DNA of 64,000 nucleotides, from NCBI GenBank assembly GCA_047602425.1, contig JASGHG010000001.1, positions 192,001 to 256,000 on the forward strand. The letters are read 5' to 3'. The DNA comes from Nibricoccus sp. (lineage in GTDB: Bacteria > Verrucomicrobiota > Verrucomicrobiia > Opitutales > Opitutaceae). Positions 29,902 to 38,329 of this stretch are shown here, piece after piece; the stretch's first letter is position 1, and every line of letters starts with the position of its first letter. A program made the translations under genes and the position numbers. The notes under the pieces were generated by a model. It searched no databases. It worked only from the letters and a program-made list of their open reading frames with translations, and had not been told where the DNA came from.

Positions 29902-31563
29902 ATGTCCGTTCCCGTCATTCCCGAATCCGCACCTTTCTCCGCCGAGCAGCGCGCCTGGCTCAACGGCTTCTTCGCCGGCATGTTCTCCCGCGCTCCGGGT
30001 GGCGCCGTCGCGCCCGCCGCCCCCGCACTGACGCCGCTCACCGTCGTCTTCGCCTCGCAGACCGGCACCGCCGAACGCCTCGCCAAAAAGGCCGCCAAGC
30101 TCGCCGGCAAGCGCGGCTTTGCGCCCACCGTGCTCGACGCTTCGCAAGCCTCCCTCGAAAAACTCTCCCAGGAAAATGCCGTGCTCGTTGTTTCCTCCAC
30201 TTATGGTGAAGGGGAACCGCCCGACAGTGCCAAGGCGCTCTACACCGCCTTGCAGGGCGCCAGCGGCACGCCGTTCGCCAACCTTCGCTACAGCCTCTGC
30301 GCGCTCGGCGATTCCAAATACGCCAAATTCTGCCAGGCTGGGAAGGACTTCGATCTCTTCTTCGAAAAACTCGGCGCCAAACGCGTATCCGACCGCGTCG
30401 AGTGCGACGTCGGACAGGACGAAAAATACACCAAGTGGCTCGATGCCGCGCTCGCCAACCTTTCTGCCTCCACTCCCTCCCCGTCTACCGAAACCACGCC
30501 CGAGGAGGAAGACGATGATCATCCCAAAACTTTCCTCGCCCCGGTGATCGACGTCCACCACGTCACCGGCGAAGGCTCCGCCAAGGAGGTCAACCACATT
30601 GCCTTTTCGCTGAAAGATTCTGGCCTCACCTACGCCGCCGGCGACGCCCTGTCGGTCATGCCCACTAACGATCCCGCGCTCGTCGCCGACCTTCTTGCCG
30701 CCCTCGGGTGCGACGGCGAGGAGGCCGTGGGCGAAACGTCCCTCCGCCACGCTCTCACGACCGCCTACGATCTCGCCAAGCCCACCGCCGAACTTCTCGC
30801 GCTGCTCAATCTCACTACCACGAATCCCGCGCCATTCCATGTAATTGACGCCGTGCTCGCCGCCGCAACTAAGCCCAAGGCCCAGGAGTTCGTCGGCACG
30901 CTCAAGAAACTTCAGCCGCGCCTCTACTCGATTTCCTCCTCGCCCGCCGCGCACCCCGACGAGGTTCATCTCACCGTGGGTGCCGTTCGCTACGAAAAAG
31001 ATGGCCGTCGCCGCACCGGTGTCGCCTCGACCTTCCTAGCCGAGCGCGCCCTCGCCGCCGGCAAGGTTGCCGTCAGCGTCCATCCGAACACCAGTTTCCG
31101 CCCGCCCGAAAACGGCGACCTGCCCGTCATCATGATTGGGCCCGGCACCGGCATCGCCCCGTTCCGCGCCTTCCTCGAAGCCCGCGCCGCAACCAACGCC
31201 AAGGGCAAAAACTGGCTCTTCTTCGGCGACCAGCATGAGAAATCCGATTTCCTCTACCGCGAACAAATCCTTGCTTGGAAGGCGTCCGGCCACCTCACGA
31301 ACCTCGACCTCGCCTGGTCGCGCGACCAGAAGGACAAGGTCTACGTGCAGCACAAGATCCTCGCCGCCGCCACGGAACTCTGGAGCTGGCTCGAAGCCGG
31401 CGCACATATCTACATCTGCGGCGATGCCTCGCGCATGGCGAAGGATGTCCATGCCGCCCTCCTCGAAGTCATCCAGACTGCCGGCAAAAAGTCGCCCGCA
31501 GAGGCTGCCAAGTATCTTGAAACACTCCAGACCGCCAAACGTTACGCGCGCGATGTCTACTGA
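29902..31563 (+). CDS. CysJ-like diflavin (FMN/FAD/NADPH) flavoprotein
   Basis: SQTGTAE flavodoxin motif, PRLYSISS, MIGPGTGIAPFR, YICGDA, RYARDVY. Confidence 0.9.
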   Translation: MSVPVIPESAPFSAEQRAWLNGFFAGMFSRAPGGAVAPAAPALTPLTVVFASQTGTAERLAKKAAKLAGKRGFAPTVLDASQASLEKLSQENAVLVVSSTYGEGEPPDSAKALYTALQGASGTPFANLRYSLCALGDSKYAKFCQAGKDFDLFFEKLGAKRVSDRVECDVGQDEKYTKWLDAALANLSASTPSPSTETTPEEEDDDHPKTFLAPVIDVHHVTGEGSAKEVNHIAFSLKDSGLTYAAGDALSVMPTNDPALVADLLAALGCDGEEAVGETSLRHALTTAYDLAKPTAELLALLNLTTTNPAPFHVIDAVLAAATKPKAQEFVGTLKKLQPRLYSISSSPAAHPDEVHLTVGAVRYEKDGRRRTGVASTFLAERALAAGKVAVSVHPNTSFRPPENGDLPVIMIGPGTGIAPFRAFLEARAATNAKGKNWLFFGDQHEKSDFLYREQILAWKASGHLTNLDLAWSRDQKDKVYVQHKILAAATELWSWLEAGAHIYICGDASRMAKDVHAALLEVIQTAGKKSPAEAAKYLETLQTAKRYARDVY

Positions 31564-33205
31564 GGTTCCCACCTCTTCTTCCAAGCCCAGCGAGCCGTCC
31601 GCCAGTTCGCTCTCCAGCTTCCTCAGCGATCTGCTGATCGAACAGCAGCGCCTCCAGACGCCCGTCGCGCGTTTTTCCGATGCGCACGATCGCGGCGCTT
31701 CTCCCGCGCTCGAACCGATCTACCGCGACCTCATCCCGCTTTCGAAACCCGGTCCTGGCGAACAGTACGCTTTCGAGGTCGATCTCGATGCTTGCAGCGG
31801 TTGCAAGGCCTGCGTCGCCGGCTGCCATTCGCTCAACGGCCTCGACGAAGAAGAAACCTGGCGCGACGTCGGTCTGCTCGTTGGCGGCACGCGCTCGCAT
31901 CCTTTTCAGCAGACCGTAACCAGCGCCTGTCACCACTGCGCCGATCCCGGTTGCCTCAATGGCTGCCCCGTTCTCGCCTACGAAAAAGACCCGCTCACCG
32001 GCATCGTCCGCCATCTCGACGACCAGTGCATCGGTTGCCAGTACTGCGTGCTCAAGTGCCCGTACGACGTTCCCAAATACAACGACCGTCTCGGCATCGT
32101 CCGCAAATGCGACATGTGCCACAACCGCCTCGCCGTCGGTGAAGCTCCGGCCTGCGTGCAGGCCTGCCCCACGCACGCGATCAAGATCGTCACGGTCACG
32201 ACGCACGTCAGGACCAACATAAAATTCGATACTTCGAAATTTCTGCCCGGCGCGCCGTCCCCCGACTACACACAGCCCACCACGCGCTACATTTCGAAAA
32301 GACCGCTGCCCGCCGAAGTGATTGCCGCCGACGCCGCCACGCTCCGCCCCCAGCATCCGCACTGGCCACTCGTGTTCATGCTCACGTTCATGCCGATGGC
32401 GGTCGGTTGCTTTAGTCTCTCTACTTTCTTCCCCGCATGTTCCACTGTGCTCGCGTTAACCGGCTGGCTCGCCGGCGCGGCCGGTCTGTTCACGAGCGTT
32501 TTCCATTTGGGCAAGCCGCTCCGCGCCTGGCGCGTTTTCCTCGGCCTGCGCACCTCCTGGCTCTCCCGCGAAGCCGTTATCTTTGGCGCCTGGTTTGGCC
32601 TCGCCACCGTCGCCGCCGCACTCTCACTCGCAGCGCTTCTCCCCACTGACACCATCCCAACTTTCGCCGCTCCGATCTACTCGCTCCTCGCTCCCCATTC
32701 CGCGCTCCTGACGCTCGTCACAGCCGCCGTCGGCCTCGTCGGCATCTTCTGCTCGTCGATGATCTACATCGATACCCGTCGCGAACTCTGGCGCGCCTCG
32801 CAGACGCTTCCGCGTTTCTTCGGCACGGGTCTCGTACTCGGTTTCGCGACACTCGTCGCCGCTTCGCCGACTATCCCGCACATTTTCGTGCTGCTTGCGA
32901 CAATCCTTCTCAAGCTCTCCGTCGAGGCCCGCGTCCTGCGGCCGCTCGATGAGGACGACGAGACTCCCACCGCCGCTCGCAAAACCGCGCAGATGCTCGC
33001 CGGTCCACTTCGCGTCGTCCACGGCTTGCGCATCGTCAGCGCCCTTGCCGCTACGCCCCTCGCTTTGCTCGTGAGCTATGGCCAGTTGCCCGCAGTTTTT
33101 TCGTGGGCCATTCTGCCTCTCCTTATCGCCAGCGAATTGGCCGAGCGCTACCTTTACTTCCGTGCCGTCGTCGCCCCCAAAATGCCCGGCGTCATCGCCA
33201 AATAA
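31553..33205 (+). CDS. Fusion of a DmsB-like 4x[4Fe-4S] domain and a DmsC/YnfH membrane anchor
   Basis: [36 protein letters not shown]...CVQACP; then HLGKP.RAW, SWLSRE, ERYLYF TM domain. Confidence 0.85.
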   Translation: MSTEVPTSSSKPSEPSASSLSSFLSDLLIEQQRLQTPVARFSDAHDRGASPALEPIYRDLIPLSKPGPGEQYAFEVDLDACSGCKACVAGCHSLNGLDEEETWRDVGLLVGGTRSHPFQQTVTSACHHCADPGCLNGCPVLAYEKDPLTGIVRHLDDQCIGCQYCVLKCPYDVPKYNDRLGIVRKCDMCHNRLAVGEAPACVQACPTHAIKIVTVTTHVRTNIKFDTSKFLPGAPSPDYTQPTTRYISKRPLPAEVIAADAATLRPQHPHWPLVFMLTFMPMAVGCFSLSTFFPACSTVLALTGWLAGAAGLFTSVFHLGKPLRAWRVFLGLRTSWLSREAVIFGAWFGLATVAAALSLAALLPTDTIPTFAAPIYSLLAPHSALLTLVTAAVGLVGIFCSSMIYIDTRRELWRASQTLPRFFGTGLVLGFATLVAASPTIPHIFVLLATILLKLSVEARVLRPLDEDDETPTAARKTAQMLAGPLRVVHGLRIVSALAATPLALLVSYGQLPAVFSWAILPLLIASELAERYLYFRAVVAPKMPGVIAK

Positions 33206-33221
33206 TTTTCCCTCTCGCACT

Positions 33222-35483
33222 ATGTTCCCCCAGATTGACGACCTTCTTCATGCCCGCCAGGGTCCGATGACGAGCGAGCTCGTGCTTCGTCCCGGCGATT
33301 TCGGCCTCGGTCGCATTCCCGCCCGGCTCAAGCCCGCCGCGACGACCGACATGGTCTGCGGTTTTTGCAGCACCGGTTGTTCGCTCAAGATTCACCTCAA
33401 CGAACGCGGCGAGGCTATCAATCTCACCACCAATCCCAATTATCCCGTCAATCGCGGCATGGCTTGCCCAAAAGGTTGGGAAGCCCTCACGCCGCTCGCC
33501 GCGCCCGACCGCGCCACCACGCCGCTTCTACGAAATCCCGCCACCGGCAAACTCGAACCGGTCGATTGGCCCACCGCCCTCGCCGCGATGGTGAAAAACT
33601 TCAAAGGCATTCAGGAACGTCACGGTAAAACATCCCTCTCCTTCCTCAGCACCGGCCAGATTGTGATGGAGGAAATGGCCCTCCTTGGCGCTCTCGCGAA
33701 GTTCGGCATGGGCATGCTCCACGTCGATTCCAACACGCGTCAGTGCATGGCCACCTCGCACGTTGCCTACAAGCAGTCGTTCGGCTTCGACGCGCCTCCC
33801 TTCACCTACAAAGACTTTGAGGAGAGCGATGCTCTTATCTTTATCGGGGCCAACCCGTGCATCGCCCACCCGATCATGTGGCAGCGCGTGATGATGAACA
33901 AACGCAATCCCGAGATCGTCGTCATCGACCCGCGCCGCACCGAGACGGCCATGGTCGCCAAGATGCACCTGCCAATCAAACCGAAGAGCGACCTCGTTCT
34001 CCTTTACGGTCTCGCGAATCTGCTCATCGAACGCGGCGCGGTGAAACAGGACTTCATTGACGCCCACACAACGAACTTCGCGGAGTTCGCCACCTTCGCG
34101 AGACAGTTCACTTTGGAGCGCACCTCCGCCGAGTCTGGTATCGACGTCGCCACGCTCAAACGTCTCGCCGAGATCATCGCCACGCGCGAACGCGTTTCCT
34201 TTTGGTGGACAATGGGCGTTAACCAGGGCCACGAATCCACCCGCACTGCGCAGGCCATCATTAATCTCGCGCTGATGACCGGCAACATCGGCCGCCCCGG
34301 CACCGGCGCCAACTCCATCACCGGCCAATGCAACGCCATGGGTTCGCGCCTCTTTGGCAACGCCACGTCGTTGCTCGGTGGATACGATTTTACCAAGGCC
34401 GAGCACCGGGCTCATGTCGCCAAAACTCTCGGTATCGACAACGCCCTCATCCCCGACCGTGGCAGCCTCGCCTATGACCAGATCATCGACGGCATCGACA
34501 AGGGCGATATCCGCGGCCTCTGGGTCATCGCCACCAACACCGCCCACTCGTGGGTGAACCAGAAAAAATTTCCCGAGCTGCGCAAAAAACTCGATTTTCT
34601 CGTCGTGCAGGACATGTACACCACGACCGAAACCGCGCGCCTCGCCGACCTCGTCCTACCCGCCGCCGGCTGGGGCGAAAAGGAGGGCGTCCTCATCAAC
34701 TCCGAACGCCGCCTCGGCATCGTGAAAAAAGTTTGCCGTGCACCCGGCCAGGCCCTCAGCGATTTCGCCATCTTCAAACTCGTCGCCGAAGCCTGGGGTT
34801 GCGGCCACCTCTTCAAGAAATGGTCTTCGCCCGAGGCCACGTTTCAGATTCTCAAGGAACTCTCCCGCGGCCAGCCATGCGACTTTACCGGCATCAGCAG
34901 CTACGAACACCTCGACCGCGCCGGCGGCATCCAGTGGCCGTTTACCGACAAAGACGCCATTGCTCCGACGCCCGCCTCCCCGTCTTCAACTTCCACTTCC
35001 ACACCTAAATCAACCTCCGCTCATACCTCGCGGGAGCGGAGGCTCTTCGCCGACGGAAAATTTTTCACGCCCGACCACCGCGCGAAGTTTCTCTTCGATT
35101 CGCCGCGCCCCATGCCCGAGTTGCCCGATGCCGAGTACCCGATGCTCCTCCTCACCGGCCGAGGTTCGTCCGCGCAGTGGCACACCGGCTCGCGCACCGA
35201 CAAAAGCGACGTCCTCCGCAAACTCGCCCCGCGCGAACTCTACGTGGAGATCAATCCCATCGATGCCGACCGCCTTCGAATTTCCCCCAACGAACTGGTT
35301 CGAATCCGGTCCCGTCGCGGCGAAACCGATGCCCTCGCGCTCATCACCAGCACCGTGCAGCCCGGCCAAGTGTACCTGCCGATGCATTTCGACACCGTCA
35401 ACTGCCTGACCTTCCCCGCCTTCGATCCCCACTCCCGGCAGCCCAGTTACAAAGCCTGCGCCGTCAAAGTCACACGCCGATAG
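33222..35483 (+). CDS. nasA: Assimilatory molybdopterin nitrate reductase catalytic subunit (NasA/NarB-like)
   Basis: CGFCSTGC...CPKG FeS motif, NTRQCMAT Mo-Cys, [24 protein letters not shown]; no Tat signal. Confidence 0.9.
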   Translation: MFPQIDDLLHARQGPMTSELVLRPGDFGLGRIPARLKPAATTDMVCGFCSTGCSLKIHLNERGEAINLTTNPNYPVNRGMACPKGWEALTPLAAPDRATTPLLRNPATGKLEPVDWPTALAAMVKNFKGIQERHGKTSLSFLSTGQIVMEEMALLGALAKFGMGMLHVDSNTRQCMATSHVAYKQSFGFDAPPFTYKDFEESDALIFIGANPCIAHPIMWQRVMMNKRNPEIVVIDPRRTETAMVAKMHLPIKPKSDLVLLYGLANLLIERGAVKQDFIDAHTTNFAEFATFARQFTLERTSAESGIDVATLKRLAEIIATRERVSFWWTMGVNQGHESTRTAQAIINLALMTGNIGRPGTGANSITGQCNAMGSRLFGNATSLLGGYDFTKAEHRAHVAKTLGIDNALIPDRGSLAYDQIIDGIDKGDIRGLWVIATNTAHSWVNQKKFPELRKKLDFLVVQDMYTTTETARLADLVLPAAGWGEKEGVLINSERRLGIVKKVCRAPGQALSDFAIFKLVAEAWGCGHLFKKWSSPEATFQILKELSRGQPCDFTGISSYEHLDRAGGIQWPFTDKDAIAPTPASPSSTSTSTPKSTSAHTSRERRLFADGKFFTPDHRAKFLFDSPRPMPELPDAEYPMLLLTGRGSSAQWHTGSRTDKSDVLRKLAPRELYVEINPIDADRLRISPNELVRIRSRRGETDALALITSTVQPGQVYLPMHFDTVNCLTFPAFDPHSRQPSYKACAVKVTRR

Positions 35484-35523
35484 CAGCGATTTCACGCTGG
35501 ATTTCGGCATCAATCTTAAACCC

Positions 35524-35543
35524 GCCAAGATCGCCATCTTGGC
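35524..35543. terminator. Hairpin between convergent nasA and mobA
   Basis: GCCAAGAT-cgcc-ATCTTGGC perfect 8-bp stem; no clear U-tract. Confidence 0.4.
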
Positions 35544-35574
35544 ATCTTGGTTTTGGGATCCGTGATATTTCCGC

Positions 35575-36156
35575 TCAGCGGCAATCCTCGGGCGAATTCC
35601 AATTGGCGAAGAAACGACGTTCGGCGGCACTCACGGTGCGCAGCCGCACGAGTTTTTTCTGCTCCAGCTTTCGAACCAATCGTTGCAGCGAAAACTCGCG
35701 GGCCTGGATCGCCGCTATCACTTCCGCCGCCGCTTCTTTTGGGTAAACCGCCGCCAACGGTTCAGCCGAACCATCGATCACCGGGACAATTCCGCAACCA
35801 GATTCTGCGTCTGCCGTAAGGGCACTAAGATAGGCTGGCGTCATCGTCGGCATGTCAACGGCCAGCACAAGGCACAGCGGTAGTTGCAATTCCACGAAAC
35901 AAGCCGCCAGTCCGCCCATCGGCCCACAATCTTTCTGCAGATCCGAAATCTCCCGCGCACCGGGCAAACCGTATTTTTTCCCCGCGCCGACAGACAAAAA
36001 TACGTCGGTCGCGCCAGCTACCCACAATGTCTCGAACGCCCGTTCCAACAACGTGCGTCCGTCCTCCAGCGTCAGCAACGCCTTGTCGCGGCCCATGCGC
36101 GTCGAGCGGCCGCCGGCCATCATGACGCCAGTAAAGGCGATTTTGGCGTCACTCAC
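35575..36156 (-). CDS. mobA: Molybdenum cofactor guanylyltransferase
   Basis: MAGGRSTRMGRDKA, GPMGGL, AVDMP, EPLAAVY, NWNSPED; GTG start. Confidence 0.9.
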   Translation of the reverse strand: MSDAKIAFTGVMMAGGRSTRMGRDKALLTLEDGRTLLERAFETLWVAGATDVFLSVGAGKKYGLPGAREISDLQKDCGPMGGLAACFVELQLPLCLVLAVDMPTMTPAYLSALTADAESGCGIVPVIDGSAEPLAAVYPKEAAAEVIAAIQAREFSLQRLVRKLEQKKLVRLRTVSAAERRFFANWNSPEDCR

Positions 36157-36607
36157 GGCGCAGCACTCCGTCCGTGACGATTTTGCAGCGCAGGCCACCG
36201 CGGCCTTTCAACCACTCCTCGGCGCCAGAACCAACCGCTTGATCCATCCAATGACACGGTTTGCATTCGCCCGTGCCTTCAAGAGTCACGCCTTGCAGTG
36301 AAAATTGTTTCCCGATCAGCGCATCAAGATCAAGTCCCTCGACAACGATGTTCCGGCGCAGTACCGAGGGAGAAAGCTCCGGTTTGCCCTGCGACTGACG
36401 CAGCGCGTCGAACGTTTCCCAGGAAAACAGCGTGAGTTGCCCTTTGTAGTCTTCCTTGAAATCGAAAAATCGGTCCCCGCGGAGCCCGCGTCCCGCAACA
36501 CACTCGACCGAATCGACCTCGACAATGGCGTGCTCGCCCGCCGGCTGGCCGTGATGGCCAAAGTAATTATGACCGGGCGATATGAAGATGTGCCGAATGC
36601 ACGACAT
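36149..36607 (-). CDS. MOSC domain protein
   Basis: GLRGDRF, RRNIVVEG, CKPCHWM, GRGGLRCKI. Confidence 0.8.
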   Translation of the reverse strand: MSCIRHIFISPGHNYFGHHGQPAGEHAIVEVDSVECVAGRGLRGDRFFDFKEDYKGQLTLFSWETFDALRQSQGKPELSPSVLRRNIVVEGLDLDALIGKQFSLQGVTLEGTGECKPCHWMDQAVGSGAEEWLKGRGGLRCKIVTDGVLRRE

Positions 36608-36633
36608 GGACCGATAACGTTGTGGGATTTTTC

Positions 36634-36960
36634 TCAACCCGCAACCCCGGAGCCCATCGCTTCATCAAGTGAAATGCGAACCAACCGCACGCCTCCCGAC
36701 GTCGCGAGCAAGGTGTCGCACCATTCCTGGTTTTCGTAACGGTAGCGCACCTGTACGCCGCGAAACGCACCCGATGCAAGCCCTGTCCGAGCCGCCTCAA
36801 GATCGATTCCGCGATCGGACGCATACGCTTGCGGCCCGCCTTTCGGGAGCACTGCGAGAAGCTGCGTGCACTGGGCGAGATCGCGAAAGAGCGCCTCCAG
36901 CGTCGGAGCGTCGAGCACGGTTTGTTGTAGCGCTGGCAACTTCGGCGCGGGCTCAGACAT
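36634..36960 (-). CDS. Hypothetical protein in the nap operon
   Basis: ATG preceded by GGAGGAGG; overlaps the upstream ferredoxin stop; VQVRYRY..WCDTL. Confidence 0.6.
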   Translation of the reverse strand: MSEPAPKLPALQQTVLDAPTLEALFRDLAQCTQLLAVLPKGGPQAYASDRGIDLEAARTGLASGAFRGVQVRYRYENQEWCDTLLATSGGVRLVRISLDEAMGSGVAG

Positions 36961-37423
36961 AGGAACCTCCTCCTCCCGCCAAATGTGGAAATGGCGACGA
37001 CGCACTCGAATTCGAACTATCTACTACCGCCAGTTTCATGCCAGGCGGACGCGGCACGAGTCGAATCGCGTTGTCCGGAGCCGGGCAAACCTCATGGCAA
37101 ACACGACAACCCGTACAAGCATCAGCCACGACACGAGGCAAGCCGTGTTCCATTTTGATCGCTCCATTGACGGGACAGCGCTCGAAGCAAATAGAACAAC
37201 CCGGGCCTTGATATGCCAGGCAGTGCCGACCGGCAATCACCGCAATCTGGGCTCGCGGTTCTGTAACCGTATTTTCACTACTCGATGACTCCGGAACCTT
37301 CGCGTTCGGAATCGCCGCCTGTTGAAAAGGTCGGAAAAACCGACTGAACATTTCGCGACGAGTAAGTGGTTTGCCGTGTTGCTGCGCAGCCATGGGCGAA
37401 ACGTGGTCAATTCGGGAGGCCAT
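36953..37423 (-). CDS. 2x[4Fe-4S] ferredoxin resembling the C-terminal half of NapG / NapF
   Basis: RREMF N-terminal motif; CLAYQGPGCSICFERCP and CTGCRVCHEVCP; start may be 37393. Confidence 0.75.
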   Translation of the reverse strand: MASRIDHVSPMAAQQHGKPLTRREMFSRFFRPFQQAAIPNAKVPESSSSENTVTEPRAQIAVIAGRHCLAYQGPGCSICFERCPVNGAIKMEHGLPRVVADACTGCRVCHEVCPAPDNAIRLVPRPPGMKLAVVDSSNSSASSPFPHLAGGGGSYV

Positions 37424-37456
37424 GCAAATGATACCGGCTGTCCGAGGGCGTTGAGT

Positions 37457-38329
37457 TCAATTGGTGATAGTCGTTTTCCAATCCGCCGCAGGCAATGGAG
37501 GCGGAAGGCCGCTCGCAAGCCGGCTGTCGAGCTCGGCGTTGACCGCATGACATTGTGTGCAGCTCTGCCGGTTCGGATGAGAGGTGCGCAACGCAGCCGT
37601 TCCGCCCGGACCGTGACAGCTCATGCAGTTGTCGCGCATCCAAGTCGTATGCGGCATCGTTGGCGGAGCACCCAAGTAGGCGCGCTTGCCTGGACCGGAC
37701 TGTTCTTTGCCGACAAACTTGTTGCCCTCGGAAAGTGCCTCATGCCGCGCCACCCAAGTACTCGTCGGTCCGACGGAGGAAACATGGCACTGAATGCAAT
37801 TTGTGTACGCCGGATGACTGACCAGCGGCACCTGCTGATTACCGATTTTTGTTGGTTTACCATGGCACTCCATACACGCGGCCGGGGTGAGTTGGTCGAG
37901 TGGGTGCGGCGCAATGGGCGGCGCACCGTCGTACTGGCGGCGGGCGGTGCGCGTGTTTCTGAGTCGGACCAGATCGGTCGTCGAGAGCACGGCCGGGATG
38001 TATTGCGCCTCTGTTTTGGGGCGCGTGAGTGTCGCCAAGTGCACGACCCAGTCCTTGTTCGGGCGGAGCGTGCCGTCCTTAAGATCCGCGTAACGTGGCG
38101 CCACCGGCACGTCCACTTCGGGCAGGGTTGCTTCAGTCGCAACCGGAGTCGCTTTCGCCGTGGATTGCAGCATGTCGGCGGTCGCAAGTTCGGTCTGACG
38201 CAAGCCCATGAAGAATCCGCTCAAGCCGAGCGTCAGCGAGATCAGACTGGCCACAACGGCCAGTTTGCGTCCCGTGCCGGGTTTTGAAGTTTCGGGTTTT
38301 TCGGACATGGCGGTTTCAGACTCAGCCAT
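37457..38329 (-). CDS. napB: NapB-like cytochrome c, tandem-duplicated (4 CxxCH)
   Basis: N-terminal TM; YDGAPPIAPH-CMECH-CIQCH then YLGAPPTMPH-CMSCH-CTQCH; directly after napA. Confidence 0.75.
   Translation of the reverse strand: MAESETAMSEKPETSKPGTGRKLAVVASLISLTLGLSGFFMGLRQTELATADMLQSTAKATPVATEATLPEVDVPVAPRYADLKDGTLRPNKDWVVHLATLTRPKTEAQYIPAVLSTTDLVRLRNTRTARRQYDGAPPIAPHPLDQLTPAACMECHGKPTKIGNQQVPLVSHPAYTNCIQCHVSSVGPTSTWVARHEALSEGNKFVGKEQSGPGKRAYLGAPPTMPHTTWMRDNCMSCHGPGGTAALRTSHPNRQSCTQCHAVNAELDSRLASGLPPPLPAADWKTTITN

Noticed and set aside
31136..31552. Upstream extensions of listed ORFs (also 2640, 24996, 29809, 33078, 44604, 46780, 17934, 51452, 9082)
   Set aside because: They overlap neighbouring genes or promoters and lack homologous motifs; downstream starts were chosen
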